Below are positions 36,457 to 49,153 of a stretch of DNA of 64,000 nt, in pieces. This DNA is from Ignavibacteriales bacterium. GTDB taxonomy: Bacteria; Bacteroidota; Ignavibacteria; UBA10030; UBA6906. The stretch covers positions 24,187 through 88,186 of the forward strand of contig JBBIRR010000007.1 of the NCBI GenBank assembly GCA_037441705.1, read 5' to 3'. The stretch's first letter is position 1; each line of letters begins with the position of its first letter. The position numbers were made by a program, and so were the translations under genes. The notes under the pieces are model-generated. The model did not search any database, had not been told where the DNA came from, and saw nothing but the letters and a program-made list of their open reading frames with translations.

Positions 36457-38868
36457 TCACTGTGTTCGCAGTTCAGCACCAAACTGCGCGCGTACCTGCT
36501 CCACCACTCGCGCAACCTCAGCATCAATCTCTTCGTCCGTCAGCGTGCGGTCTTTCGCCATGAGCACCAGCGTGTAGGCGAGGCTCTGTTTGCCTTGCGG
36601 AAGATTCGGGCCGCGATAGACGTCGAACAGCTCTACGTCCTGCACCAGCGGGCTTCGCATCTCCCGCACCGCCCGTTCGATGCTCTCTCCTGTTACGCCG
36701 GTATCAACGATGAAAGCCACGTCGCGACGCGCTTTCGGAAATCGTGGAAGCGGTGTGTAGTGTTTCTCTTTTGTTGTCTGAAGCAGCGCGAGATTCAGTT
36801 CTGCGGCAAACACTGCTTGCTCAACCCCAAACCTCGTGCACACTTCACGCTTCACACGACCCAGAAAACCCGCCGTCGTTCCGTTGATTTCAACGAAGAT
36901 AGGTTTGTCAGCTAAAGTTTCGCTGGTAGGATAATAAATAAACCGCCAACTGTCAAGCCCGCACGTATCGAGAAAATCAGCAATCTCTCCCTTGATGTCG
37001 TAGAGATCAACCTCATGCGAGGAGTGCTTCCAGTGACGCGGCTCCGATTGGCCGGTCAGCACCAGGCATACGTGCACCTCCTCACGAATATTGCCCACGA
37101 GTTGCTTTTCGGGCGACTCCGAGAACACATGGCCAATCTCGAACAAGCGCAAATCCGTGTTGCCGTGACTTTGATTGTGCGCCACCACCGCCAGCAAGCC
37201 CGGCAACAGGCTTGAGCGCATCGCAGACATCTCCCTGCCCAATGGGTTAGCCAGGCGGACTGGTTGCTTTCCTCCAAGCCGAGCCGTCTCCTCATCCTGA
37301 AGGGAAATTGTGAGAGCCTCCTGAAACCCGAATCCGACAAGGACATCGCGAACGCGATCGGCAAGAAACTCTTTCTCAAACGGATGATCGAAGTCGATCG
37401 CCGCAACGGTCTTTGTCTCGATTTTGTCGTAACCGTACACACGCGCCACTTCCTCGATCAGATCGATCTCTCGCTGAATATCAACTCGATACGTTGGAAC
37501 GCTGAAGAACGCCCTCCGCCCTCCTGATCGAGTTTTGCTGATGTCCAACCGAGCGAGAAGGGATGCGATCTCGGAAGGAGTCAGGTCGGTACCGAGAACC
37601 TGGTTGCACCGATCCGGACGCAACGTAACGATGCGAGGCGTGATTTTTTTGGGGTAGATGTCAATCTTCCCGCGCAGCACTTCTCCTCCAGCCAATTCGG
37701 CCATCAATTGTGCAGCACGATCCAGCGCATAGTCACTGGCATTGGGATCGGCGCCGCGTTCGAATCTATACGAGGCATCCGACTGAATGCCGAGCGCACG
37801 CGACGTGCGGCGAATGCTCGCCGGGTTCCAATACGCACTCTCCAGCACAACATCGGTGGTTGCGTCGGAGATCTCCGAGTTCGCTCCCCCCATCACGCCG
37901 GCAATCGACACTTCGCGCTCTGCATCGCACACCATCACCGCACCCGCCGGCAGAGTATGTTCTTTGCCGTCGAGCGTAGTAAACTTCGTCCCGGCTCTCG
38001 CCTGACGGACGATAATTTTTGCTCCGACAAGTTTCGCAAAGTCGAACGCGTGCATCGGTTGGCCGCATTCAAGCATCACGTAGTTGGTGATGTCCACGAT
38101 GTTGTTGCGCGGCCGCAGACCCGCTGCGCGCAAGGCATGTTGCAGCCAGTCGGGCGACGGACCAACGGTGACGCCGCGAATCATACGCACGGCAAAACGC
38201 GGACAGTTGTATTTGTCCTCCACCGTCACCGAGAAGTGTTTGGTGATGAGAGTTTTCGCCTCCTTCACTTTCACCTTCGGCAGGCGTGGTTTTCTTCCCA
38301 CCAGAATGCCGATTTCCCGCGCCACGCCGTAATGGCTCAGCAGGTCCGGGCGGTTGGGTGTGATCCCAACGTCGTACACCACGTCGTCCAGCCCCAGGTA
38401 CGACGCGAGCTTCTGACCGACACGGGCATGAGAATCGAGAACAAGAATGCCATCTTTGTCCGCGCCAAGATCCAGCTCGTACTCGGAGCAAATCATCCCG
38501 AATGATTCAACGCCGCGAAGCGTAACCCTCGAGAGCGTGAAGGGCCGGCCGGAGGGATCGTGCTGATTTCGTGGAATGGTCGCCCCCGGAAGTCCGACCG
38601 CCACCTTCTGTCCCGCGGCCACGTTCGGCGCGCCGCACACAATCTGCAGACGTTCGTTCCCTACGTCAACCGCGCATACGGTGAGCCTATCGGCGTTGGG
38701 ATGCCGCTGCACCGTCAGGACTTTGCCGACCACGAACCCGTTGTACTTTTCGCCGAGCCGCTCAAAGCCTTCCACCTCGAGGCCGAGCATCGTGAGTTTC
38801 TCACTCAACTCTTCGGGGGTGAAGCGGAACGTGATGTACTTCTGAAGCCAGGCGTGAGAGAGTTTCAT
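36457..38868 (-). CDS. pheT: Phenylalanine-tRNA ligase beta subunit
   Basis: HPNADRL, VCGAPN, TPNRPD, RFERG, DLIEEVARVYG, RRDVAF. Confidence 0.97.
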   Translation of the reverse strand: MKLSHAWLQKYITFRFTPEELSEKLTMLGLEVEGFERLGEKYNGFVVGKVLTVQRHPNADRLTVCAVDVGNERLQIVCGAPNVAAGQKVAVGLPGATIPRNQHDPSGRPFTLSRVTLRGVESFGMICSEYELDLGADKDGILVLDSHARVGQKLASYLGLDDVVYDVGITPNRPDLLSHYGVAREIGILVGRKPRLPKVKVKEAKTLITKHFSVTVEDKYNCPRFAVRMIRGVTVGPSPDWLQHALRAAGLRPRNNIVDITNYVMLECGQPMHAFDFAKLVGAKIIVRQARAGTKFTTLDGKEHTLPAGAVMVCDAEREVSIAGVMGGANSEISDATTDVVLESAYWNPASIRRTSRALGIQSDASYRFERGADPNASDYALDRAAQLMAELAGGEVLRGKIDIYPKKITPRIVTLRPDRCNQVLGTDLTPSEIASLLARLDISKTRSGGRRAFFSVPTYRVDIQREIDLIEEVARVYGYDKIETKTVAAIDFDHPFEKEFLADRVRDVLVGFGFQEALTISLQDEETARLGGKQPVRLANPLGREMSAMRSSLLPGLLAVVAHNQSHGNTDLRLFEIGHVFSESPEKQLVGNIREEVHVCLVLTGQSEPRHWKHSSHEVDLYDIKGEIADFLDTCGLDSWRFIYYPTSETLADKPIFVEINGTTAGFLGRVKREVCTRFGVEQAVFAAELNLALLQTTKEKHYTPLPRFPKARRDVAFIVDTGVTGESIERAVREMRSPLVQDVELFDVYRGPNLPQGKQSLAYTLVLMAKDRTLTDEEIDAEVARVVEQVRAQFGAELRTQ

Positions 38869-38890
38869 GTCCAGTTCATCGTGGGAGAAT

Positions 38891-39898
38891 TCAAAACTGC
38901 TTCAAGAACCTGACATCGTTTTCGTAGAAGAGGCGGATGTCATCAACGCCGTACAGCAGCGCGGCCGTGCGTTCGATTCCCATCCCGAAGGCATAGCCCG
39001 TGTATTTCTCGGCGTCATACCCGACGGCGCGAAAGACGTTCGGATCAACCATACCGCAGCCGAGAATCTCCAGCCAACCGGTCTGCTTGCACAGGCGGCA
39101 TCCTTTCCCTTTGCAGATAAAGCAGGTGATGTCCATTTCCGCGCTCGGTTCGGTAAAGGGAAAGAAGCTTGGGCGGAACCGATACTTGATTCCCGTTCCA
39201 TAAAACTGCCGCGCGAACGATACAAGTGTTCCCTTCAATTCGCTGAAGGTAATCCCAACGTCCACGGCAAGCCCCTCCACCTGATAGAAATTGCAGAGGC
39301 TGCGCGCGCTCACCGCCTCGTTGCGGTACACCCTCCCCGGCATGATGGTACGAATGGGCGGCCGGTTGTTTTCCATGACACGGATCTGCACGGGCGAGGT
39401 GTGGGTGCGAAGCACGATGTCGTCGGTGACGAAGAACGTGTCCTGCATGTCCCGCGCCGGGTGATCGGGCGGAAAGTTCAACGCGGTGAAGTTGTGCCAA
39501 TCGTCTTCGATCTCGGGACCGTCGGCTATGCCGAAGCCCATGCCGACGAAGATGGCTTTGACTTCATCCAGCGTTTGCATGACGGGATGCTTCGTGCCGC
39601 GGAACTTGCGTCGTCCGGGAAGTGTGGGATCGAGCTGCTCCTCTTCGGCAGGCTTTGTCGTAAGGGCTGCTGACTTCGCTGCAAACACCTCTTGCGCGTA
39701 GCGTCGCAGATCGTTCAGCTCTTTGCCCAGTTCGGGTTTCTCCGCCGCGGGCACCGTGCGCAGCTCATCGAAGAGCGCAGCGATGAGTCCTTTGCGGACC
39801 AGATACTTCAGCCTGAAAGCCTCAAGCGCCTGTTCAGAATCAATCGTGAGGATCGCCGATTCGATCTCTCTGCGAAGTTGTATGATTTTGTCGCGCAT
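38891..39898 (-). CDS. pheS: Phenylalanine-tRNA ligase alpha subunit
   Basis: [36 protein letters not shown]. Confidence 0.97.
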   Translation of the reverse strand: MRDKIIQLRREIESAILTIDSEQALEAFRLKYLVRKGLIAALFDELRTVPAAEKPELGKELNDLRRYAQEVFAAKSAALTTKPAEEEQLDPTLPGRRKFRGTKHPVMQTLDEVKAIFVGMGFGIADGPEIEDDWHNFTALNFPPDHPARDMQDTFFVTDDIVLRTHTSPVQIRVMENNRPPIRTIMPGRVYRNEAVSARSLCNFYQVEGLAVDVGITFSELKGTLVSFARQFYGTGIKYRFRPSFFPFTEPSAEMDITCFICKGKGCRLCKQTGWLEILGCGMVDPNVFRAVGYDAEKYTGYAFGMGIERTAALLYGVDDIRLFYENDVRFLKQF

Positions 39899-39918
39899 CG
39901 AAGGAAAGGGACGATACG

Positions 39919-39973
39919 AAAAATCTTCCCGGCGAGACGTTCCGTGCGGAACGTCTCTGCGTCATGGGAAGAT
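39919..39973 (-). terminator. Long hairpin/terminator after rplT
   Basis: ATCTTCCC..GAGACGTTCC-loop-GGAACGTCTC..GGGAAGAT followed by TTTT. Confidence 0.55.
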
Positions 39974-39986
39974 CATGTGAATGAAC

Positions 39987-40334
39987 TTACGCCGTGGCGA
40001 ACTTCACAACCTCGGAGAACGCCTCCGGGTTGCTGACCGCCAGGTCGGCGAGCAGTTTGCGATTGATATCGACGTTCTTCTTGTGCAGGCCGTCCATCAA
40101 TCGTGAGTAGGTCGTGCCGTTCAGTCGTGCCGCCGCATTGATGCGCGTGATCCACAACTGACGGAAGTTTCGCTTTTTCGTTTTTCGGTCGCGGTAGGCA
40201 TACTGCATCGCCTTTTCCACGTGGTGCTTGGCGACGGTGTACACCTTGCTTCTCGCACCCCAATAACCTTTCGCTTGCTTCATGATACGCTTGCGACGGC
40301 GATGGGAGGCAACCTTGTTCTGCGAACGTGGCAT
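39987..40334 (-). CDS. rplT: 50S ribosomal protein L20
   Basis: [33 protein letters not shown]. Confidence 0.97.
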   Translation of the reverse strand: MPRSQNKVASHRRRKRIMKQAKGYWGARSKVYTVAKHHVEKAMQYAYRDRKTKKRNFRQLWITRINAAARLNGTTYSRLMDGLHKKNVDINRKLLADLAVSNPEAFSEVVKFATA

Positions 40335-40424
40335 AGTTGCTCTTATCCTTCTGTGTGAATGAAAAGTCTCGCTACCGCTGAGACGTTTATGTAATGGTTC
40401 GTCGAAGCTCGAAGGAGGCGGCGA

Positions 40425-40619
40425 TCACGTCGCCAGCATTTCCCGTACGGCTTTGACATCCGGTTTGGCAACCAGCGCGCCCAGGCGCAGTTTGCGCTTT
40501 CGCTTGCGGGATTTTGATGTCAGGATGTGACTGCGATAGGCCATGGCCCGTTTGATCTTGCCGGTGGCCGTCAGCTTGAAGCGCTTCTTGGCTGCGCTGC
40601 GCGTTTTTGTTTTTGGCAT
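40425..40619 (-). CDS. rpmI: 50S ribosomal protein L35
   Basis: [23 protein letters not shown]. Confidence 0.96.
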   Translation of the reverse strand: MPKTKTRSAAKKRFKLTATGKIKRAMAYRSHILTSKSRKRKRKLRLGALVAKPDVKAVREMLAT

Positions 40620-40621
40620 TC

Positions 40622-41197
40622 CTATGCGTCCTTCTTTGGTGATTCGGATGTATCTGACTTCTCGCTCTTGCGTTCGGATTTCTTCTTCCGCTCGGGCGCA
40701 AAGATGGCGATCATGCTTCGGCCTTCCATATGCGCCGCCTGGTCGATCTTGGCAATGTCGCTCAACTGTTCCGTCAATCGATCCAACAAATCCTTTCCTT
40801 GATCCTGATAGGTGATCTCTCGCCCCTTGAACACCACCGTCGCCTTCACCTTGTGTCCTTCCATCAGGAAGTTGCGGGCGTGCCGCATCTTGAAATTGAA
40901 ATCGTGTGTATCGGTGTTGGGATGGAACCGGAGTTCCTTCAGCTGCGTAACGTGCTGGTGCTTCTTCTGAATCTTGTCCTTCTTCGCAAGCTCATACTTG
41001 TACTTGCCATAGTTGATCACCTTGCACACGGGCGGATTGGCATTGGGCACAATTTCCACCAGATCCGCGTCGCGCTCGCGAGCAAGGGCAAGTGCCTCGC
41101 GGGGCGACATCACGCCAAGCTGTCCGCCGCGCTCATCAATGACCCTCACCTGCGGAGCACGAATCTCGTCGTTGACGCGAACTTTGTCTTTACTAAT
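40622..41197 (-). CDS. infC: Translation initiation factor IF-3, ATT start codon
   Basis: AAGGAGG RBS then ATT-AGT-AAA-GAC, giving (M)[20 protein letters not shown]; [17 protein letters not shown]. Confidence 0.93.
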   Translation of the reverse strand: MSKDKVRVNDEIRAPQVRVIDERGGQLGVMSPREALALARERDADLVEIVPNANPPVCKVINYGKYKYELAKKDKIQKKHQHVTQLKELRFHPNTDTHDFNFKMRHARNFLMEGHKVKATVVFKGREITYQDQGKDLLDRLTEQLSDIAKIDQAAHMEGRSMIAIFAPERKKKSERKSEKSDTSESPKKDA

Positions 41198-41256
41198 GGG
41201 AGCGCCTCCTTTGTTATGATCAATGGATTATGATGGCTCGTCTGCGTGCAGCTTCT

Positions 41257-43263
41257 TTATGCATGCGAGGGGGCCGTCATCACATTTACGTGGAGCAGCG
41301 AACGCAGCTTCTCGGCATGAGCATCTGCGTTGATCCATTTTTCTGCAATTTCGCGTCGAATAAACTCAAGAAAGACCTCTTTCTTGATCTGACCCATGTC
41401 GCCCTTCTTGTGCCGCCGCACGGATACGGTCTCCGCCTGACGCTCCTTCTCTCCCACCACAAGCATGTAGGGAATCTTTTTCGTTTCCCACTCACGAATC
41501 TTGTAGTTGACTTTCTCGTTCCGCTCGTCCACTTCGACACGGATACCCTCAGCAGCGTAGGCCGCCGCCACCCGGCGCGCATAGTCCGTCTGCGCGTCCG
41601 TAATCGGCAGAACAACAACCTGCAGAGGTGCAAGCCAGAGTGGAAATTCGCCTGCGAAATGCTCGATCAAGACGCCGATGAATCGTTCGAGCGAACCGAA
41701 CGGCGCGCGATGAATGATCACCGGGCGATGCTTCTGCCCATCGCTGCCGACATACTCCAGCTGGAAGCGCTCGGGCATCACATAGTCAACCTGAACCGTT
41801 CCCAACTGCCAGGTGCGTCGCAGCGCGTCCAGCACCATGAAGTCGATCTTGGGTCCGTAAAAGGCCGCTTCACCAATGCCAATGTAGTAATTGAGCTTCT
41901 TCAGGTCGGCGGCTTCTTTGATGTCGCGTTCGGACTGTTCCCACATTGCGTCCTCGCCGCCGAACTTTTCCTTGTTCTTGGGATCGCGGAACGAAAGCCG
42001 TGTCTTGAAATCCTTGAATCCCAGCGTCGTGAACACGAGCTGAATCAGATCGATGACATCGCACAGCTCATCGCGCAGCTGGTCCGGCCGGACGTACATG
42101 TGAGCATCGTCTACCGTGAATGACCGCACACGCGTCAGACCCGTCAGTTCGCCGGACTGTTCATAGCGATACACGGTTCCGAATTCTGCCAGGCGAATCG
42201 GCAGATCACGATAGCTGCGCGGTTTCGCCATGTAGATTTGATGATGATGCGGGCAGTTCATCGGCTTCAGCAAGTACTCCTCATCCTCAACAACAATGGG
42301 CGCGAACTGGCTGTCCTTGTAGTAGGGATAGTGCCCGCTCGTTTTGTAGAGATTCAGATTGCCGATGTGCGGCGTCACGACGGGCAGGTACCCGCGCTTG
42401 CGCTGCTCCTCACGGAGGAACCGTTCCAGCTCTTCACGAATGATGGTGCCTTTCGGAAGCCACAGCGGAAGTCCCCCACCGACCTTCGGCGTGATCATGA
42501 ACAGTTCGAGATCGTGCCCGAGCTTTCGATGGTCGCGCCGCTTTGCTTCCTCCAGGCGGAAGAGGAAGTCGTCGAGTTCCTTTTGTGAGGGGAAGGTGAT
42601 GCCGTAGATGCGCTGCAGCATCTTGTTCTTTTCGCTCCCGCGCCAGTATGCGCCGGCAATGCTGAGCAGCTTGATCGCTTTGATCCTGCCCGTCGAAGGA
42701 ATATGCGGCCCGAAGCACAGGTCGGTGAAGTTGCCCTGGTGATAGAAGGTGATTGTTTCACCCTTCAAGCCTTCGAGCAATTCGAGCTTATACGGATCGT
42801 TCTTCTTCCTGAAATAGGCGACCGCGTCTTCCCATGATTTGACTTCACGCCGATAAGGAACATCCCGCTTGGCCAGCTCCACCATCTTCTCCTCGATGGC
42901 ACCAAGGTCGGATTGGGTGAGCGCGTGATCGCCCATGTCGATATCGTAGTAGAACCCGTTTTCAATCGGCGGGCCGATGCCGAACTTCGTTCCCGGAAAG
43001 AGCGCTTCGATCGCCTCTGCCATAAGATGCGCCGAACTGTGCCAGTACGTACGCTTTGCTTCATCATCTTCCCAGGTGTGGATTCTGACGGTTGCATCGC
43101 GGTCGATCGGGCGGAACAGATCCCAGACTTCGCCGTTGACGGAGATTGCCAGCGCCGCGCGCGCGAGCCTGCTGCCAATGTCTTCGGCAATCTGCTGACC
43201 GGTGACACCGGCCGGATAGATCCGAACCGATCCATCGGGAAGTGTTATCTTTACCTGCGCCAT
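41257..43263 (-). CDS. thrS: Threonine-tRNA ligase
   Basis: TGS domain, HSSAHL, DLC.GPH, KPMNCPHH, FYGPKID, HRAPFGSLERF. Confidence 0.97.
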   Translation of the reverse strand: MAQVKITLPDGSVRIYPAGVTGQQIAEDIGSRLARAALAISVNGEVWDLFRPIDRDATVRIHTWEDDEAKRTYWHSSAHLMAEAIEALFPGTKFGIGPPIENGFYYDIDMGDHALTQSDLGAIEEKMVELAKRDVPYRREVKSWEDAVAYFRKKNDPYKLELLEGLKGETITFYHQGNFTDLCFGPHIPSTGRIKAIKLLSIAGAYWRGSEKNKMLQRIYGITFPSQKELDDFLFRLEEAKRRDHRKLGHDLELFMITPKVGGGLPLWLPKGTIIREELERFLREEQRKRGYLPVVTPHIGNLNLYKTSGHYPYYKDSQFAPIVVEDEEYLLKPMNCPHHHQIYMAKPRSYRDLPIRLAEFGTVYRYEQSGELTGLTRVRSFTVDDAHMYVRPDQLRDELCDVIDLIQLVFTTLGFKDFKTRLSFRDPKNKEKFGGEDAMWEQSERDIKEAADLKKLNYYIGIGEAAFYGPKIDFMVLDALRRTWQLGTVQVDYVMPERFQLEYVGSDGQKHRPVIIHRAPFGSLERFIGVLIEHFAGEFPLWLAPLQVVVLPITDAQTDYARRVAAAYAAEGIRVEVDERNEKVNYKIREWETKKIPYMLVVGEKERQAETVSVRRHKKGDMGQIKKEVFLEFIRREIAEKWINADAHAEKLRSLLHVNVMTAPSHA

Positions 43264-43281
43264 AATGCGTATCTAACAAAC

Positions 43282-43322
43282 AAAAAAAATCGTCCAACCT
43301 TTTCTCACGGGGCGGGACGATT
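43282..43322 (-). terminator. Terminator-like hairpin between tRNA-Val and thrS
   Basis: AATCGTCC...GGACGATT followed by a T tract. Confidence 0.55.
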
Positions 43323-43328
43323 GTTATG

Positions 43329-43402
<74 letters not shown>

Positions 43403-43478
43403 CCAAAGCTCATTGCAGTACCTGCCTGCCGTTGATCCGTGTTGTCGTTGTGCCGTCGCTGCGCTCAGCAGCAAGCCG

Positions 43479-43564
43479 TGCCGAGGATGGGACTTGAACC
43501 CATACGGACCCGAGGGTCCACAGGATTTTAAGTCCTGTGCGTCTACCAGTTCCGCCACCCCGGC
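43479..43564 (-). tRNA. tRNA-Leu(TAA)
   Basis: GCCGGGGTGGCGGAACTGGTAGACGC...CTTAAAA..., long variable arm, GGTTCAAGTCC. Confidence 0.96.
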
Positions 43565-43603
43565 AGCAACCGCGAGCGGCCATCCGCAGCCCGAATTGAC
43601 GCG

Positions 43604-43675
43604 AGGCGCCGGGCGGATTCGAACCGCCGCATAAAGGTTTTGCAGACCTCTCCCTTACCACTTGGGTACGGCGCC
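43604..43675 (-). tRNA. tRNA-Cys(GCA)
   Basis: GGCGCCGTACCCAAGTGGTAAGGG...CTGCAAA...GGTTCGAATCC; U discriminator. Confidence 0.96.
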
Positions 43676-43817
43676 GATTAAGCACTTCCTGCCTAAGAAA
43701 TAAAACCCCGCCACCTGGTGGGATTTGGGGCGGCGGGGCCACTTTAAAGAGGAAGTGTATGAATCAGACAATCAGCGCGATTACCGATTGTCGAGTTGTC
43801 CCACCGAAGTGGGACAG

Positions 43818-43890
<73 letters not shown>

Positions 43891-43902
43891 ATTGGCGCAA
43901 CC

Positions 43903-43998
43903 AATATAACAAACATCCTCGTGGGTTGCAACAGCTCTCTGCTTGCCAAAGACCAATGCGACGCGCAAAAATATACATCCTCGCCCCATGAAAGTCAA
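43903..43998 (-). promoter_or_regulatory. Tandem sigma70 promoters of the tRNA operon
   Basis: TTGACT-17-TATATT (43998-43970) and TTGCAA-17-TATATT (43931-43903). Confidence 0.7.
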
Positions 43999-44166
43999 GC
44001 CATAAGGTTGCCTCGCAATGTTCACCCCTTCTCATGATGAAACCTCTTGAAAAGCCATACTATTTCTGACGAATTCCCCCCTGCCAAGGCAACCAAATGC
44101 AGCTCATGCTTGTTTTCGGAAATAAAGAAGCGCTCAACCCATCCCATCAACTCAATGGAGGAATCG

Positions 44167-45165
44167 ATGCACCTTTGCGGACATCTCGTGCGACCTGCTC
44201 ATTTCGCAGGCTTGTTGACTTGCATTCTTCTTCTGTCCTCTGCATTTGCACAAACGCAAGTAATGCTGGAGCCGAGCAAGGATAACACGTTGTACGAAAG
44301 CTCTGCCGGAGAATTGAGTAACGGCGCCGGACAGCATTTCTTTGTCGGAAGAACCAACCAACCGACGAACTCCATCAGGCGCGCGCTGATCGCGTTCGAC
44401 ATTGCCGGAAGCATTCCGCCGAACGCAACGATCCTCACCGCAACGCTCACACTCAACATGTCGCAAACAACGTCGACCTCGCACACGGTATCGCTGCACA
44501 GGGTTACCGCCGACTGGGGTGAGGGCACTTCCATGGCGACCGGCAACGAAGGCGGCGGCGCTCCCTCAACAACCGGCGACGCGACGTGGCTGCATCGCTT
44601 TTTCAATACCACATTCTGGTCCAGCCCGGGCGGCGATTTCGTCGCGACCCCGAGTGCAGAAGCGTCCGTCGGGCCATTGGGCACGTATACCTGGGGATCC
44701 ACGCAGGCCATGGTGAATGACGTTCAGCAGTGGCTGAACACTCCCAGCTCGAACTTCGGCTGGTTGTTGAAAGGCAATGAAGCCACACAGCCCACAAGCA
44801 AGCGCTTCGACTCGCGAGACAATATGAACCCCGCACAGCGGCCGGTCCTCACGGTAACCTATCAACCGACGCTTGACGTCGGCGAGAACGGCGGACTTCC
44901 CAAACGCTTTGCGTTGCATCAGAACTTTCCGAACCCGTTCAATCCCTCGACAACCATTGCGTTCGATATCGCAGAACGTTCCCGCGTGTCGTTAGTTGTG
45001 ACCGACATTCTGGGACGCAACGTCGCGGTGATCGTTGACGAAGAACTTGCAGCAGGACGATACGAGCGGCGATGGAATGCAGATGGCGTAGCAACGGGCG
45101 TGTATTTCTATCACCTTCAGGCAGGATCATTCTCTCAGACGCGCAAGCTTCTGCTCATGCGATAA
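44167..45165 (+). CDS. DNRLRE-like domain protein with T9SS C-terminal domain
   Basis: GGAGG RBS, signal peptide, KDNTLYE, RRALIAFD, W.EG, NFGWLLK, RPVLTVTY, QNFPNPFNP. Confidence 0.72.
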   Translation: MHLCGHLVRPAHFAGLLTCILLLSSAFAQTQVMLEPSKDNTLYESSAGELSNGAGQHFFVGRTNQPTNSIRRALIAFDIAGSIPPNATILTATLTLNMSQTTSTSHTVSLHRVTADWGEGTSMATGNEGGGAPSTTGDATWLHRFFNTTFWSSPGGDFVATPSAEASVGPLGTYTWGSTQAMVNDVQQWLNTPSSNFGWLLKGNEATQPTSKRFDSRDNMNPAQRPVLTVTYQPTLDVGENGGLPKRFALHQNFPNPFNPSTTIAFDIAERSRVSLVVTDILGRNVAVIVDEELAAGRYERRWNADGVATGVYFYHLQAGSFSQTRKLLLMR

Positions 45166-45184
45166 CACTCTCCCCCGAAAACTA

Positions 45185-45222
45185 AAAGCTCTCCGCCACT
45201 CATGAAACGCGCGGAGAGCTTT
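45185..45222. terminator. Bidirectional terminator between convergent genes
   Basis: AAAGCTCTCCGC...GCGGAGAGCTTT inverted repeat. Confidence 0.65.
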
Positions 45223-45244
45223 CCTTCCGTTGGGTCGCCGCTCG

Positions 45245-45718
45245 CTACCGTTTGATATCGAGGATTTCGTACTTGAGCATGCCGGCCGGCACTCTGATGT
45301 CCACCGCCTCTCCCTTTCGCTTCCCCAACAATGCCTTGCCGATCGGAGAGGTCACAGAAATCTTGTTCTGCTCAAAGTCGGCTTCTTCGGGAGAGACCAG
45401 CATGTACTCGAAGATGTCCTGCGTCTTGAGGTCCTTGAGCTTCACTTTGCTGAGGATGTAAATCTTGTCGTTCGGGAGGTCCTTCGCGTCGATGAGCTTG
45501 GCTTTGGCAAGCGTCATCTCCAGCTTCTGAATGCGCATCTCCAGGTGTTGCTGCTCTTCTTTTGCAGCATCGTACTCCGCGTTCTCGGAGAGATCGCCGT
45601 GCCCGCGAGCTTCGGCGATCACCTGAGCAATACGCTTTCGGCCATTGGTCTTCAGCTCATGCAGCTCCTGTTCAAGCGCCACCAAGCGCTCGCGAGTGAG
45701 ATACACCGTATCGGACAT
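45245..45718 (-). CDS. greA: Transcription elongation factor GreA
   Basis: HGDLSENAEYDAAKE, ISVTSPIGKALLG. Confidence 0.95.
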   Translation of the reverse strand: MSDTVYLTRERLVALEQELHELKTNGRKRIAQVIAEARGHGDLSENAEYDAAKEEQQHLEMRIQKLEMTLAKAKLIDAKDLPNDKIYILSKVKLKDLKTQDIFEYMLVSPEEADFEQNKISVTSPIGKALLGKRKGEAVDIRVPAGMLKYEILDIKR

Positions 45719-45863
45719 GCACAACTCCAACAGATAGTGTGGGACAAAATAAATAGCCATCATCCGCATGTGCGAATGGTGGCTAACCACCTTTTCGGCT
45801 GTACATAAGTACAGAATCCACCCGACAAAAGCAAGTGGAAAATCCCCTGTAAGGATTATCGGC

Positions 45864-47108
45864 TTACTTCGAGCGCGACTTTTGGTCCACCAGAATCAGG
45901 TGACCCAGCTTGTCCCGTTTCGTCTTGAGGTACTTCTCGTTGATTTCGTTGGGACCCATCTCAAGCGGAACACGCTCGACAATCTCCAATCCGTACCCGT
46001 TCAGGCCAACGACCTTCTTCGGATTATTCGTCAGCAGGCGCATCTTGCCGACACCGAGATCACGCAGGATTTGCGCCCCGATTCCGTAGTCGCGAAGATC
46101 GGCGCGAAATCCCAATTTTTCGTTCGCCTCAACTGTATCAAGGCCATCATCCTGCAGCTTGTAGGCCTTGAGCTTGTTGTACAAACCGATGCCGCGCCCT
46201 TCCTGACGCATGTACAGGACAACGCCCGTTCCTTCCCTCTCGACCATGTGCAGTGCTGCAAGCAGTTGCTCGTTGCAGTCGCACCGAAGCGAGCCAAACA
46301 GATCGCCGGTCAGGCACTCGGAGTGTACGCGCACCAACACGGGCTTGTCCGGAACGATATGCCCCTTCGTCAGCGCGATGTGCTCTTTGCCATCCGGCGT
46401 GCTACGATAGAGGTGAATGTGGAATGATCCGTATCTCGTCGGAAGGTTTGTCTCGACCAACTTCTGGACGAGCTTCTCCTTCAGCATGCGATACTCGATC
46501 AGATCGCGGACCGTTATGATCTTGAGATTGAACTGCTCCGCGAGCTTCATCAACTCGGGAACGCGCGCCATTGTCCCGTCTTCTTTCAAAATTTCGCAGA
46601 GAACACCGGCGGGATAGAGTCCTGCAAGCCTGCACAAATCTACCACCGCTTCGGTGTGGCCTGCGCGGCGAAGCACACCGCCTTCCATCGCCCGCAGCGG
46701 GAAAACGTGACCCGGACGCGCAAAGTCGCTCGGTTTCGATTTGGGGTTGATGAGGGCTTTGACCGTCGCCGATCGGTCCGGCGCCGAGACTCCCGTGGTC
46801 GTTCCGTGGATGTAATCAACCGAAACAGTAAACGATGTCTCATGAAGCGACGTGTTGGTTTCCACCATCAGGTCCAATCCCAACTCCTTCGTGCGTTCGG
46901 CAGTCAGCGGCGCGCAGACGATGCCTCGTCCGTGGGTTGTGAGAAAATTGATCACCGATGGGTCCGCAAACTCTGCGGCGCAGACGAAGTCTCCTTCATT
47001 CTCCCGATCGTCATCATCCACGACAATCACGATCTTGCCGTGTTTGATATCTTCAATGGCTTCTTCGATCGTGTTAAACACGTTCCGTCTGCTGTGCGTC
47101 AGCGACAT
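45864..47108 (-). CDS. ribBA: Bifunctional DHBP synthase / GTP cyclohydrolase II
   Basis: [40 protein letters not shown]. Confidence 0.96.
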   Translation of the reverse strand: MSLTHSRRNVFNTIEEAIEDIKHGKIVIVVDDDDRENEGDFVCAAEFADPSVINFLTTHGRGIVCAPLTAERTKELGLDLMVETNTSLHETSFTVSVDYIHGTTTGVSAPDRSATVKALINPKSKPSDFARPGHVFPLRAMEGGVLRRAGHTEAVVDLCRLAGLYPAGVLCEILKEDGTMARVPELMKLAEQFNLKIITVRDLIEYRMLKEKLVQKLVETNLPTRYGSFHIHLYRSTPDGKEHIALTKGHIVPDKPVLVRVHSECLTGDLFGSLRCDCNEQLLAALHMVEREGTGVVLYMRQEGRGIGLYNKLKAYKLQDDGLDTVEANEKLGFRADLRDYGIGAQILRDLGVGKMRLLTNNPKKVVGLNGYGLEIVERVPLEMGPNEINEKYLKTKRDKLGHLILVDQKSRSK

Positions 47109-47119
47109 AGTGCCCTCGA

Positions 47120-47464
47120 CTATTTGCTCTCTTTCTTTTCCCCTTCTCCTTCTCGCAGCACGCTGGCAACCGAGGCGCGCTCGAATTTCATCTTCACGTT
47201 ATCGGCCACCTGCACCAACACCGTCTTTTCCTCCAAGCCCGCCACCGTACCGTGCAGCCCGCCGGAGAGAATAACCTTATCTCCCTTCTTCAGCGATTCG
47301 ATCATCTGCTGATGCTGCTTCCTCTGTTTTTGCTGCGGCCGCAGAATCATGAAATAGAAGATCGCGATGATCGCAGCAAACATGAGAAATGTGCTGAAGA
47401 TGCTACCGCCCGTTCCTCCTTCGCCCGGCGGTGGAGCCATGAAAAGAAACATCAAAAAATTCAC
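47120..47464 (-). CDS. yajC: Preprotein translocase subunit YajC
   Basis: [21 protein letters not shown]...GGLHG; GAGGAGG RBS before GTG 47464. Confidence 0.92.
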   Translation of the reverse strand: MNFLMFLFMAPPPGEGGTGGSIFSTFLMFAAIIAIFYFMILRPQQKQRKQHQQMIESLKKGDKVILSGGLHGTVAGLEEKTVLVQVADNVKMKFERASVASVLREGEGEKKESK

Positions 47465-47477
47465 TCTGACCTCCTCG

Positions 47478-49149
<1,672 letters not shown>

Positions 49150-49153
<4 letters not shown>

